DNA of 50,844 nucleotides from Ancylonema sp. (GCA_050230475.1 JBFLGF010000024.1:62001-112844), one strand, 5' to 3'; positions 1 to 13,725 are shown, counted from the stretch's first letter. Notes: generated from the sequence alone by a model not told the origin. Made by a program: numbers and translations.

Positions 1-1097
1 ATCGGATTCTTTATAGCGAAGTTTGAGGTGGCGACGAACAGTTGTTAGGGCAGAGTGGGAAACTAGTCGAAGACGAGACGATGATTGCAATATGGCGAGG
101 CGGAAGAAAGGATAGTAGGGCAGGGTAGTAGGGCAGTCATAGGTTGGTGTGAGAGAGTTTGTCATGAGAGGAACGTAGCTTTGTGAGGAGCAACCATTTG
201 GGGTTTATGTTCATTTTACCACCAATCCAACTCAATTCAAGCACATGTAACGAGAAACGGATAAATAAACCAATAAAATGTATTCATCGTGGGTTTTCTA
301 CGGGATGTGCTTGGAACGTGTGTGACACGTGTTTAACTTGTGTGACACGTTTAACGGGACACCCCAAGAAGTCGTCAAGATTGCTTGATTGGCTGATCGG
401 AAGTCAAGGTGCTAAACAACTCTGACAAAGCATAACAAATGGAGTAGGGTCGTGTTCCCACAACGCAAGAAGGAGTAACGGCAGGTGACCAGGACCAAGC
501 CACGGTTGCGGCCTTTCCCTACCCGTACTTGAGTACAACTAAATTTGTCTCATGCAATACAGTCTAAGGGAGTATGTTGACTGAACAAATATAAATTCCT
601 CCCTCAAGTTGGGTGATTATTCCAAACTCGTCACGGACTTTTTTTAAACAGTCTCGGAGAACGTGGAAGACATTGAGTAATTCGTGTATATTCGTATAGA
701 TCCGTGCATGTTGGTACACGTCCGTATCATGTGTGTGTATTTGTTTGATCGGTAGGAAGATCCGGAAAAAATGGGAAGAATAATACTTGGCCACCCTTCT
801 CAGGTTGAGTCAGCAAGATGCATCACTTAATCTTAAGCTAAAATAAGTGATAATGAGTACAATTACCCCGGTCCGAGAAGCACGGATTCGGCCAAAATAT
901 GAACAACAATTTCCGCAGGTGAGATTGGCGCTTGGGGTTGCTCAAATTTTCAATCAAACGCCTAACATTGACATCTCCGCTGATTTTGAACTTTCGAGAA
1001 TTGCGCCTCGGAAAATTCGAAATCTAGGCTACGTTAGATAGAGAGAAAGAATTATAAATGAAAAGGATGATGGATAAAGGAGCAAAGAGTGAAGGAG

Positions 1098-1340
1098 CAA
1101 TCGGTGTTGGTGGATTGCACTCAGCGTGCTGAGCACTTGAATGGGTGGTCGGCGCAAAACTCTAGTTTGCTAGTTACTTGGTTTCGGCACCGAGTGCTTG
1201 TTGCGTTACAACGATCGCTAGCTCATGCAATCCATCCTAGAGTGTTGCGGCTAGAGCAGGGTAGGGCTTTGTTACCCCCCTCCCCTCCACAAGTGATGTT
1301 GTCGTCAACGAACTTACGTATTGTTGCTCGGGTATTTTAG
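1098..1340 (+). mobile_element. 5'-truncated 3' fragment of the CRE-like non-LTR retrotransposon (same family as 5711-8942)
   Basis: ORF 1089-1340 (LVDCTQRA...WFRHRVLVALQRSLAHAIHPRVLRLE...LRIVARVF*) matches the C-terminus of the minus-strand element (LVDCVHRA...FRQRVSVALQRSLAHAIHARTLRLE...LRIVARLF*), and the DNA similarity is visible. Confidence 0.85.
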
Positions 1341-1857
1341 GGTATGCTTCATTCGTTATGTTCCTTTAGGGTGATCAACTATTGGCGTTCTTGTAGGTTT
1401 CAATCGTGCTTGAAGAAAATTCATCTCTCTCATGAAGGATGATTCCCTTTCTTTTTGTACAAGTTTGTAGTATCGAAATGTGTTCGATATTACGAGTCAT
1501 AGAACTCGGCGTTCTCCCGAATCGACGATCACGCGTAGATTTTGCCACGTCGGGACGAATCGACGAGTCGCCGAGTCCGACTCCTCGAGTCGGAACGAGG
1601 GATGCCGAGCCGTGGAAGTTGCACGACTTCCCGGTGCTTGCCTGCTCCTTCTGATAATCCTCTCAGAAGATATTAGGAGTGCGAGGAACCTGACAGCCGT
1701 CTGGAGCTTCTAGCAAACTAACCTGCGGGAAATACAGCGGTGGGACGCTTCTGCAGGCAACTGCAGAACCGTGATGGTTTCCGTCATGTTTTCACGTCGC
1801 ACTGCTCTCTGATCGTCTGGCTGAATATTTTCGAGCATTTCCCAGCATTCTCAAGGT

Positions 1858-3799
1858 ATGTCACGAAATGTGACAGCCCGGGTAATAAATACGTCATGCA
1901 ATTCACCAGTGTCGGCGCCAGAGACCAGCCGGCATCACTCTCGGTCTCCTTCTGCAACTCCTGGGGAAGGAGGAGACTGTCTCATATGCTGGGTAAGCAA
2001 GGTTACATACAGAACCTTACTTCACCTTCTCTCTTATGGTAGCCCCTTCTTCACTTCGAGTCAGTACGCTGGAAAAGGATCATAATCATTGGTTTTCGAT
2101 ATTGTTTCCAGCCTTTATGCCATGGCTGTACTGCAATGAAGGTGAAGCAGACTACTGATAATGGAATGAGGCTTGGGTGACCTTCTCCAAGTCTCCTGCT
2201 CCAGGAGAAGTACGTATAATATACGTGACTTCTATAAGCTCACTTCGTTCGTCTTGGCTCTACGGTTACGGCGAAATAGAACATGTCGGTAAGTAATAAG
2301 AAATTTGTGTGCAATACAAATATTACCACAGATATCAGATGTAAATATCGCTCGTAGTACTTCAATTCTTGTGTCAGGTCGTGGTCTGTCGGAAGAGAAT
2401 TCTAGGGGTTCTGTTGGAAGCGTAGTCCCTTTGTACAGCAAGTTGTGGGACCTCTAACAGTTTTTTTGGTTTCCAATTGTGCTACTGCCTAGCAGTGAGC
2501 AAGAGTCCTTGGTGCGTTCTACGATAAACGTTCAGAAGCGTAAATAAACCGCCTGATCCGGCTGCATGACCTCATCGTCGCACCTCTTGGTCGACCCCTC
2601 ACATTCTGCTCCTGTTGTCTGTCATTTAACGTGGGTTCAGGAGAGGTTCAACAGTGGCAACCGTAGCCCCCACACCCTTCTTTGTGGCCATAGTCTCTGC
2701 CGAAAATGCGTTCTGGGCCTTCCCACCGGCACCTTCCCAGGTCTCCAGCTCTTGCTTCCCTACTCCATTTCGTGCCCCTGGTGCAAGTGGCTCACCCCTC
2801 GACTGCTGTGGAAGGGCGTGCTTGCGTATCCTGCCAAGAACTTCTCTCTGGTGAGCTAGGTGCTCTGGGCCTATCCTGCTTCCAGCTTCTTTTCTTAGAC
2901 TGAGATTTACGGGTGGCTGTGTCACTTGTATGAACCAACATCGGACTTTGGGCTTCATGCTTTTTCGTCATTGAAGTACAAAGAGGTGTGCATGTCCTGC
3001 AGTGGATTTTGCCAGAGAAAGCAGTCTGCTTCCTGCCTGTGGAGTGGATGGCAGGAAAGCTTCTTGTTATCAAGTCTGAAAACCAGGCTTCGGATTTCTT
3101 TCTCAATCCAGAACCTCTCTGTTCCTCGCTCCTCTCTTGTGCAATCCTACACGTGACATTAGCTCCATGCGTTCTCATGTCCTGCAGATGTGGCTGCTGG
3201 AGTCCCTGAGATCCCCACTCCTTTCCCCTCGATCCCCCCCTCCCGTCTCCCTCATCTCCATGCGGTCCTCTTCCCGTGCCACAATGTTTATGAGCCCGTC
3301 ACCAACGCAGCATGCAATGTCACCGTCTCCTACTCCGACCCGTCAAGGACAGCAGGGCAGCGAGCCACGTGGTTCAGACGATGTTGAGCCTTGGCAACCA
3401 GACAGTGGCACCCCCCGCTGGGGTTTGCGGACGAATAATTATCAAACCGAGGAAGAGAGACTCGAGAGGGCCACTCAACTCACACAAGAAGAGAGGCCTT
3501 GGAACTCAGTGTCGAGTTCGTTGTTCGCGTACGCAGTGTGGTTTGAGCGACAAGAGAGGTCTTGGGTTTCATCGCTGGGGTCTCTGCTCTTGTGTGGCTT
3601 GTGGTTTCTACGCAAATTGCCATATGTTTTGGCTCTGTTGTTCCTAATTATGATTGTTGCCCCTATCCCAACTATTATCCTAGGGTCCTTTTTCGCCATC
3701 TTCTCGACTTCGGCAATTTTGGTTCTTCCATGTTCGTTTAGCATTGCAGCCGTTATCATGTTTGCGTGCCGCCTAGTGCAAGAAATGAGGCGTACATGA
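1858..3799 (+). CDS. RING-type E3 ubiquitin ligase with C-terminal transmembrane segments; exons about 1858-1992, 2641-2850, 3188-3799
   Basis: Spliced translation gives DCLICW|ERFNSGNRSPHTLLCGHSLCRKC...ISCPWC...LLWKGVLAYPAKNFSL|MW. Donors are GTAAG at 1993 and GTGAG at 2851, acceptors CAG at 2640 and 3187, all phase 0. The C-terminus is hydrophobic (KLPYVLALLFLIMIVAPIP...). It resembles the plant At3g29270/At1g69330-type RING family from memory. The start codon is uncertain. Confidence 0.85.
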
Positions 3800-4546
3800 G
3801 ATGCAACATTGAGCGGGACATGCACATTTTTTTTTATAAAAGAGGTGTGTCCGTATATTAGTTGTGGTATGTAGAATTTGCACGTGAACTTCATTGACAT
3901 GACAGATGGTGGAGGTGTCGAGTCATTTTAAAGTGCATGCTAGAGTGAGGAGTATGGATTGGAGTACGGAAGTGATGGGTTATGTGTACATAGCAATGAT
4001 ATCATGATTGTAACCGGCCCTGACGGCTATGCCATAATTGGCCTTTTAAATGCAAACGCTGCTCACGTGCGAGCACTTCCGCTTTCCAAATAGAAAAAGG
4101 TTGTTAATATTTTGCAAGGTATTTCCATAGATACCTGTGCTATTCGGTTTTCGCATGGTGGCTCGTAGTGGTCCAGGTTATGGACTTACGAGACCTTGTG
4201 ATTTGTATGGTATTGCTTTTGCAAACTAGATACAGCGAAATAAGTTTATAAAAGAGTGGACGCCTATGAGACGGGCATCAGTAGAGAAATGGTGTTGGAA
4301 GCATGGATGTTGAGAGGCTATTTTTGCGCAAGAAAACTCGGTATTTGATTAGAGGAAATCAGTCGCTACCAATCGTATGTGAGCCGTCTATACCGTGGTC
4401 CGAAATTGCTCCAAATGTGACTCCAAATGTGTTGATTTAATCGCTTGTTATTGACTGGTGACAATGATCGGTTAATTGGTTGGTTTACAATATAACGTTT
4501 AAAAGTTTCAGTAGATGATGCGCCGGAAATAAAGATACGAGCCATG

Positions 4547-4775
4547 CATAGTTGCTCCCCGGACGCGTCCGGGCCCGGACACGTCCCGGACGCGTCCCGG
4601 ACCCGGACGCCAGAGCCAAAGTCTGATATTCATATATTTGGAACCCCCATATTTGTGTAACTTCAGATTGAAAACCTTTATCTTTCTTTCTGCATCTTAG
4701 TTGCGTCCCGGACGCGTCCGGGGCCTGACGTGTCCCGGACGCGTCCGGCATCCTCGCGTCCGGGACGCAACTATG
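4547..4775. mobile_element. hAT-like MITE
   Basis: TIRs CATAGTTGC...GCAACTATG, perfect 8-bp TSD GAGCCATG (4539-4546 and 4776-4783), and internal palindromic CCGGACGCGTCCGG subterminal repeats. Confidence 0.9.
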
Positions 4776-5148
4776 GAGCCATGTGCCTCAAGCGGGCCGC
4801 ACACTATTTGTAGCTCTCTGTAAATAAATGGAAAACATAGTCTTCGTAGTCAAAATTATCGAGGGGAAGAGGCGCAAAATAAAACAAAACGAAATAAAGA
4901 ATGGAGCCTTCTCTTCCTTCAAAGGCCACACACATACAAATGGCTAATGACTTGGTCGCAAAGGATGGGGTGCACGAAGGCAAGCGATAAGATATCATCA
5001 CCGGATTCCAAAATGTACGAACAATAATCACATTGTCGAACACAAAGCGAAGAGAAGAAATCGAAACGATTTTATTAAGTCGAAGAGTTAGAAGCAACTC
5101 GAAAGCCAAGTTGCATACCATAGGGGCCTCTGGGAGCACAGTTTCATC

Positions 5149-5497
5149 TAGGGTTGTGAACACTACACCTATGCTTTACATTTTACAATGTATGTTACTT
5201 TAGTCGTATCGTAAAACCGATTCTTACCGTAAATCATACAGACTGCGCATGTTCGTTAATTTACGGCTCACACGTGCCCAAAAGCGTCAATTATTGTAAT
5301 TTTTAAAAATCGTGAAACTCATCTACATTACAAGTTAGCGTATTATTACGCGAGTATTAAAACTTAGCGTACTATTACGCGTAGTCCTACGTTTAAAGCG
5401 AGTGGGATTAACGTAACATACGTGCTACATTAAATCGTTTAAAATGACGAACATATGTGGAGTCGAAATCCAGTCTAGTGTAAATTTTACAACCCTA
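5149..5497. mobile_element. Old putative MITE (hAT-like TAGGG ends)
   Basis: Imperfect 20-bp TIRs: TAGGGTTGTGAACACTACAC versus TAGGGTTGTAAAATTTACAC (reverse complement of the right end). No clean TSD. Confidence 0.5.
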
Positions 5498-5710
5498 GTG
5501 AGCACTGGATTGTGAACGTTATTGTGACAATTACGTATGATGGTAAACCACGAGTAATATTTACTCGGAACTACCAAAATCCCCGGTGAACACCCGAATT
5601 AGTGCGATTCATTACAGAATCAGTTTGTCTGTATTACAGACAATGATGACAATTTCCACAGATGACAATTTCCATAGATACGCAATTATCTAGGATTTTC
5701 GAGAGACGCA

Positions 5711-8700
5711 TTTTATTAAAGCACGATGGGAACCCCATCTGAGTACAACACCAACGTTATTGTACCAACCTAACGGAACAGAAGAAGGAAAACAACCCCA
5801 GCCCTAAAACAACCGAGCAACAATCCTTAACTCTGCTGACGACAATAACACCCGCGGAGGGGGGGGGGTAAGAGAGCCATACCCTCTTCCAATCGCAACG
5901 TCCTAGCATGAATTGCATGTGCTAGAGAACGTTGTAAAGCAACAGAAACTCTCTGCCGAAAACCAAAGTAACTAACAAACTTAACATTCCTGCCCCGATC
6001 GCCCAGTCAGTTGCGCCGCACGGTGAACACAATCCACCAATAACCGATTGCTTGCATCGGAAAGCGCACCGTACGTCTCTAACGCAAACAAGATAAACTT
6101 GGTCCCTGCCGCGCGATTTACGATTCTGAGTATCTTTGCGCCGTTCTGCATCTTGTGCGGCCACCAGCTCTCAACAAGCCGCGCGATCCACCAAGTCACG
6201 CCGCGTGGGGTCAGCAATAACCACATCCACCAAAATATGCCCCTCCACCAAATCCGAAATAACAATATCCACTCGCCCCCCTCGACCGCTCGGAGCAGAG
6301 GACGGAAGAAACCCCGTACGTTCACGTTGAACATGCTGACTTGACTCGAGGAGGATGTGATATACGGAATCTCGCACCGAGTCATGAGATGAAGTGCGTT
6401 CCCCCCCTCGACTGCAGAGCATAAGATGCGTACCCAGGGCGTCCATAGAGTTGCCGCACGCGCACGTATCATAGGGAGCAAGGCAAGGGTGGGGAAACCC
6501 GAGGCGCAGGCGCACGGCAGTAAGGAATAGGGGAGGGGGGATACGAAGGGAGGGAATGATGGGGGACGCCTGTAGCCAATGACCCGCACCGGATCCACTG
6601 GCGGACCGAAGCCTCGCCCTGCTCGTCTAAAGGAATACTGTCTCGCCACAAGCACCTCAAACGCAACAGCGTGGGTAGCATCAAGAAGTGTCGGCTGCAA
6701 GTGAGGAACAGAAGCCACGGCCAAAGTGGCGTATAGAGGCACTGCCGCGCGTGCTGTTGGGTGAAAAAACTCTCGCGCTTCTCGAAGCACGATCTGTGTT
6801 CGTAGACCTCCCTCGTCCACAGTCCTGAAAAACGGGTCGAATGATAAACCGTGCTGCTGGAAAGCTTGTGCGAGTGCAGACGTGGCGAGAGCATAAGAGC
6901 CAATAAAAACAACTGGGGCAAGAACCCGAGTACGAACCAAATCCACGCCCCCCCGAGGGATCGGTAAACAAGTTTGGTCACGCAACAAACCAATATGGTC
7001 CAAAGTGCAACCAACCACCCTGCCCAATAGATTTGCCTCTACAACCCTCCACAGCGTGGCATCGTACTCCCCAAGCCAGTCGAGGAAAGAAGAGGTCGGG
7101 TGACAAGTACGTAGCAGATACGATGGTCGAGCAGCAAACACCTGCGTAAGTAGGCGGAGGGCCACCTGCGGATCCTCAAAGAGGCATACTTGTTGAAGAC
7201 CCCGCGTATCTTCGTCCAATGCAACTCCCAGGAAGCCTCGCACAAACTCGTCCGTCCGAAAAGGCGCCCCCAACACAGGAATGCCATTTGTAGCATATGA
7301 ACACCCCTCCGAAAGAATCGGAAACACCTCCCGACCAGATGGTGACCACGCCACACACTTGGACGGCTGCCGAGAAAGACCGGGTTTTGCGAGCTCTTCC
7401 AGAAAAAACTTAAAAGCCCCCACCACACGGGGAGGGGACCCCACAATATGGGTGTCATCTGCAATTGAAGGGAATGCGCAGTCCGGAAACGCCGCTGCGG
7501 TGGATCGAAGAGCCTGCTTGTAGCCGAGGGCGAACAATACCCGTCCAAGGGGATCCCCCTGACGAGTCCCGGTCGAAGACGCCAACTGCACTACCTCCTC
7601 CCCCCCCGCCAAATCACTAGCACGTAAGAATAGGGGGGAAGACCCCCCATAAAAAGCTCGCACAAACGGGAACAAACTACTCAATCCCCACCCAGAATCA
7701 CGAAGCTCCTTGAAGAACGCCTGGCGGTTGATGGTGCTAAATGCGTTCTTCACGTCCACTGTATGACACCCCAAGATAGACGCGCGTCCAAAAAAAATCG
7801 CACCCCCCAGATTACCATCTCACACCCCCCTTTAAAAGCAAAGCCGTACTGCCATTCAAAATGGTCGAGAAGCGCCTCCCGGATCTGAAGGCATATCGCA
7901 CGGCTGATCAAACGATAAAACCCCTCCCCCACAGCAAGAGAACGTACCGCCCCGCCACCCTTATCCAACGCCACCAGCCGAGATGCCCCCAATAGATGAC
8001 AAATAGACGCCGGAATGCGACCCCTCGCAACATGAGCAGCCACGTGGAACAAGGTCAAAACCACTAGCAGGGTCATCCGGATCGAGAGAACGTCACACGA
8101 AAATGTTCAAACACCATACTCCAGACAACCCTGCAGCAGAATGGCTTGGGGGCCCCCTCGCAACGCCACAGCGAATGAGTCCCTCTCGAGAATGAAATCG
8201 TCGGGAGGCCTAAAATCCCCACAAAATCTGGGAGAGCAGCTCAACTGGGGCAATGGGGTGCAAGTCACGCAGCTGTGCCACAGTCTCTTCCGTCCCACGC
8301 GCTAGAGGTTGTGACTCTACGACCCGAGCTAGCCGCGACAGCTCACCACTCCTTCCCAAGAGAAGCGCACGTTTAAGATTCCCCCCACCCCCTCCACCTT
8401 CCCCCACTTCTTCCTGCCTCCCTCCTCCCCCCATCCGTCCCCTTCCCCGCCCCCCCCCCTCCGCAGCCGCCTCTCTCCTGAGGGGATGGGGTACAGCGAG
8501 CAATATGCTCATGATGCAGCGATTCCCAATCCTTCCCAAGTAACACATCGCCAAATTTCCCTATGGCCAACCCGACCCCCGTGGTGTGGGAGGGGAAGGC
8601 ACCAAACATGGAACATAAAAAATACCTTCCACGCAGCAATATCCCCAGGGTCATCCCTCAAGCGACGGAGCGGAAGAACAAAAGCTGGACTTCTACCCAC

Positions 8701-8942
8701 ATGGCATAAGGAATCTTCCGATATAGGCGGGGCTGGCGCAATCCTGTGGCAGTAGGATCGCAAAGTGTAGTATCGAGGGCCCACGACCACGAAGACGGAG
8801 GTGGGAGGCCGGGAAGGGCCGGTGAAGCATGTGCGGGGTCTCCCCCACTCAATACAGGGGCCGGAACACATGATGCAACTTGACGTGCCAACCATGCGGC
8901 GCTCGTATATTGCTTTCCACAATTGTTGGGGCAGTAAATCAA
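5711..8942 (-). mobile_element. Degenerate CRE-clade-like non-LTR retrotransposon (N-terminal Zn finger, RT, CCHC knuckle, restriction-like endonuclease); coding about 5804-8942 with frameshifts
   Basis: N-terminal CPNNCGKQYTSAAWLARQV. RT motifs LVALDKGGGAVRSLAVGE, QYGFAFKGGCE, DVKNAFSTINR, GTRQGDPLG, IADDTHI. Knuckle CACG..MDALGTHLMLC, then HDSVRD, RVDIV, LVDVVIADP and FALETYG (RLE). Motifs are split over several frames. AATAAAA on the minus strand at 5711-5717. The 5' end is not defined. Confidence 0.88.
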
Positions 8943-11900
8943 AGGCGTACCCCTAGCTGAAAGCTGGGGGAGGGACTCAAGGGTCCCTCCCTCTCCGGCC
9001 GTTGCCGTAGGCTCTCAAACTAGGCCAAAATCAGGTGAACACGAAATGACATTGCGGAAGTAATACGGCGACCCCTAACACCTACTTGGGCTCAAAATGT
9101 AGCCTGTACAAAGGGCTACATACTGAAGTTTTTAAATCCAAGAATGAACAAGATATGTGACACTTAAGAAAGATCGCGTGACTGCCTCCCGGGCGCGGTG
9201 ATTATGCGGAGGCCAACGGATAATCACCACGCAGGCGATCCGTAGAATCACGTACTACGTGGCGCTGCTTAAACTGAAGCTGGTAAAAATAGCTACCCAC
9301 AGCACTTTACGGCGTAGAAAATGGAGGCGTAATGAGGGCACTAGACGAAGACACGTGGCAGGCGTCTTTCGTGTTTGTTTGGGTTTTTCGGGTCTTGAGG
9401 GATTTGTCAAAAACCCGAAACAGCTTCCAGGTCCCCGCCCCGAGCGATGTTTTCCTACGCTTGGAACGTGAATAGGGGCGGATTCTTTCAGGGCGGGAAG
9501 TGGCACGAGGCGGTAGAGCATCTCAGTAGACACGCATCTCATGAGCCCTTCCCTCCCACCGCTGGGAGATCGTTGGATGTACGCTAGAAGCGACAGATGC
9601 CTTTGAAACATACATAATTAGTACCAATATTATAGTATACCATTTTAGAGATAGATTCAACATGTCCATGTGCATGTCCACATGCATGACAAGCTTGAAT
9701 AAGCCTAACTGTGGTCTAGAATTTTCATGTTCCAAATTTGGTATTCAAAGTGCTGATACGATAGTCCGCCTGCCTAACACTTGCCCTTTAGGATTTAAAT
9801 ACTCCCGAATACGCGTAGGTCAACTAGGTAAGAGGAGGCGAAGGGAGGTCTTCGCGGAAGCTGGAGGCAGCTCATACTGGATTACAGTAGCACAAGCTTT
9901 TGGTGTCGGTAAGTGCTTCAGACAGTGCTGCTACCAAAATTCTCTCAACTATGGCGGATTCGTTGAGCTTTTTTGGCGGTTTGCTTCGTCGATGCCGGCA
10001 AACCCGCAGCTTGATGTTACATACTTTCTCCCTGATGAGTGGACCACTGCCTTGCAAGACTTCGATTTCTGTTGAACTTTATAGTTGTCTTCCAAACGAC
10101 ACCAACCAGTAGACTCAAAGGGCTGATGTATCTGTATCAACTTTTTATCACTGTTTACGGTTGTATGTATGTCCTCCGAGATCACATGAGCGCTCAACAG
10201 CCGTTTTTTATCAGATATGCACTCGTTGTAGAAACAGTAGTTGTGAATTTCGGAGTATCTGCATTCAGTTTCAACTCTTTTGTCTGTTGACATAAACGAA
10301 CCACGTCAAAGTTAGTTTGGAAAAACAATGGTTTGTGTCCATAGTGATGATATGTGTGGTCTGGTTCTCGTATGTGGCATATTATGCATGCACTATGACA
10401 CGTGGGGTGCACCGATGAAACAAAGCCCTCGTTGTAGTCGGGAGGTTTGATCCACATCGTGGTGGAACAAAAGCACGCGGTGTCATTCATTCCATCACAG
10501 TTGTCCAAGATGGCTGTATCTCAAGCTACGAGTGGAAGCAATTGCCAGAGAGTTGGCAAATAGTAGTGCCGACCCGCTCCAACTTATGAGTTCCATGTGA
10601 TCCATGTGAAAGTGACGACATGCATGCATGCTCCCCCACTTGCAGCTTTTGGTTTTGCGGGACTGGGAGTTATTGCTGGCTTTCTCCTGAATTACAGTCT
10701 CTGGAAGGAAGCTCAAGAAGATGTGAGTGCTCCTTTTAATGTCTAGACTATATCCGGGGTGGGGGGGAGGGCCGAAGTCGGGGGAAGAAACGATCCGCGA
10801 GGACAAATGTGATTCATTTCATTCTCCTGCTTTTGACGGGTGTAGGCCAAACAAGCGCTGGAAGATTTCAACTCGTCGGGAACACCTCTACCAACGAGTG
10901 TGGAGGAAATTATTGCGGCTCAGAATTCTGGAAAGGTTCGGAATAGACCAACAAGGAAGTCTAGCAATGGAAGGTGAGGAATTTGGAAGCTAGAATGAGA
11001 CGAGCTCAAGCCCCTTGTGAACACAAGTGTGTGTTCATGTGTGGACGTAATACGTGCTAAGGCCTGGACCTACAGGAAGATTTGACAACCCGTCTGTAGC
11101 CAAAGCAATGCATGCATGGTCTTAAATTGCCGATTTGCAATCATTAAAACCGGAAAATGAACGTTGGTAGAGCGCATGCACTATAAAAAGGACGATTCTC
11201 TCTGTTTATGCATCGTGAAACTGCACATCATTGTGTTGTCTTTGTAAGGTGTCGAGTGAATTGGACACCTTATATTTTTTATGTGATGGTCGGAAACGGA
11301 TAAAACATATAAATTAACAGTGAAAGAAGTACGTTTTCACATGAGAGTATCCTTGCTATATGCTATATGCTTAAAGCCATATAAGTCACCTAAATCGACC
11401 AAAATCTTATAAATCCGTTAAAATACGCATCCTCATCAGGGTTGGGCGATCACAATCCTCTCTTTCCTCATTGATGCCTTTTTTCTTTTCCATGTCAACT
11501 TCCAATATTATCTTGTTCTAAAAAAACTTTCAACTTTCGTCCACATTCGCCCGCGCAGATGGCCTGCTCATGCATTGTGTGTGAACATCTTTGTGTGCTT
11601 CCGTTTATTTACAAAATTTTAAACGTTTGTACTTATGCATGCATTAATGAATGCGCAATGCATGCAAATGACATTGAACCCGCTTTTGGGCACCCGGAAT
11701 GATATTGTGATGCATTTTCATACTTTCCACTTCTTTGTGTTGAAATATATTGCTACTACTTGCGTACCCCCTAGATCATAGTCGGTCGCACTCCGCTCGC
11801 GGAATTTGCGAGCCCAACTTCGAGCCGGCGTGCGTCCGCGAGCTGCCTGGCATCTGGCGGAGGGACAGGGCACTTAACAATGCTCACCCGTCCGATGCGG

Positions 11901-12118
11901 GTTTTCTTATAAAACTGATAGATTCTGTGGCACAAACGACAAACTAAATCTATGAGTGTCACACTTACGAAGGAATGGGAGGATAGCGATGATAGGGAAA
12001 TTTGTGATGAACGAGAAAAATGTTGAACGACAAAATTGCAGCTCGTAAACGACAAGGGGGAATTGCGAACGGGGACGGGATAATGACGGAATACAAAGTG
12101 TAATGAAACAGTTCTGTA

Positions 12119-12216
12119 CATAGTTGTGTCCGGACACGTCCCGGACCCGGACGCCAGAGGCAAAATCTGATATTCATATATTTGGAACCCCATATTTGTG
12201 TAACTTCAGATTGAAA
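12119..12216. mobile_element. Partial second copy of the 4547-4775 hAT-like MITE (left end)
   Basis: Begins CATAGTTG and shares CCGGACACGTCCCGGAC...GGACGCCAGAG...TCTGATATTCATATATTTGGAACCCC...ATATTTGTGTAACTTCAGATTGAAA with 4547-4673. Confidence 0.85.
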
Positions 12217-12449
12217 TTGTTTCGAGTCAGCGTTTGAGAAACATATATTCTTGTCTATATGAGCTTCTTCTACGAACATGTCTTACTATTTATAAGTTTA
12301 ATTCACTTCATTGACATGCACAAGCATGATACATTTGTTTTCATTTTTTTTCCTCCTCAATTTGAAGACAGTTTCACATTTTTTTTTTTTTTTTTTTTTA
12401 AGATAACATTGTGATGTGATTCACCAGATAATAAATGTTTTCTAGGAGT

Positions 12450-12540
12450 TTGGAATGCGCGGATTGGGTGAAGGGGTGGTTTTTTACCTAAATTTTTTTT
12501 AAAAAAAAAAATCGGTCATTATGTATGGCCACTACGGTAT
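12450..12540. mobile_element. One end of a Tc1/mariner-like MITE (same family as 23909-24151)
   Basis: TTATGTATGGCCACTACGG-TA is the reverse complement of the left TIR at 23909, and the adjacent GCGCGGATTGGGTGAAGGGGTGGTTT matches the internal sequence of that copy. Confidence 0.7.
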
Positions 12541-13725
12541 ATTAGATGTCAACACTCCAAGAACGTGGTTTTGCAACGCAAAATCTACTATGTTTTTGCA
12601 CGAGAATAAAAGATTGTCATATAACGTGAAATATGGAGAGAGTTGGGAAGTACTCGTGTCAATCCGAGCCACACCCAATGCAAATAAAAATGCGCGTCGT
12701 GATATTAATGATAATCATAATAAAAATGCGGATGCATTTTGGTGACAAGTATGCTAACAAAAAGCGGGGGAAGAAGTGGCGGGAGAGTAAAATTGCATTG
12801 CGACATTGAATTGTTGTTTGAGGGAGTATTATTTTATAAACGAATATACCTAAGTAATTATATGGTCAAGTTTTTATGAGAAAACACCCTCGTAGCTAAG
12901 AACAATATTTCCCACATCCCGGATAGTAAATTGCTGGGATTCAGATATTTCAGATGTGGTTGCTTTGATTGTGCTGTCGGAAAATAATTAGGTGATAGGA
13001 GTCAAGACTACATACACAGGCTACCAGCAAAACAAATAACTATTGTTCCTTCCACTTCAATAGTTTGACTGTGCCAAAGTCAATCCAAGATGTCACTCTC
13101 ACATTCTCAAATTACTCCATACTAATATGATATGCATATTATTTCGCTCATTTGTGGTACTACAAATATTTTGAAATTTTATTATATTTCATTTGTATAA
13201 GTTTATTCTAAAATAAATGGTAGAAAATGTCCTACTACTATGAAAAGTGTCTTGAGAGCTCACATATTTGCGTACGTAAATGGTATATGAATATGTGCAA
13301 ATTATAACACATAAATAGTCCATTGATTTAGTGCTCCATTACCCCAATATTATCAACCATGTACACAGGACAATTGCTACTCATTAACAATGAACGCAAG
13401 CTAATATACCTTCATTTTTTTTGAGTTGACATTAACATTGTTTCATTTACTTCTCATCTTCCACTTTGTACAAATTTGCAACACAAATATTTTTGAATGC
13501 GCCTATTTTCGATTTACAATCCAATCTTCTCCTTCACCACTTGCACACAGAGTGAACCTTGGTATTAGAATGCATATGATGGATATGTATGGCAGGATGC
13601 CAACTTATTCTTACAACACACTAAGAAGAAGTTGACATGCAGAAATATTATTACATCCGGACAGGACAAACATTCCCAGGCATAGATCGTCTGCTCGGTG
13701 TATACAGAATGGCAACGAGTAATAC

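Noticed and set aside
4547..4775. CRISPR-like array of palindromic repeats
   Set aside because: No regular unique spacers, no cas genes, eukaryotic context, and it is explained as a MITE.
9662..10993. Possible gene in a cluster of short ORFs
   Set aside because: No recognisable motifs, and no consistent exon chain could be built.
11770..11905. GC-rich island as a possible structured ncRNA
   Set aside because: No recognisable tRNA, snRNA or SRP motifs. An Rfam/Infernal search would be needed.
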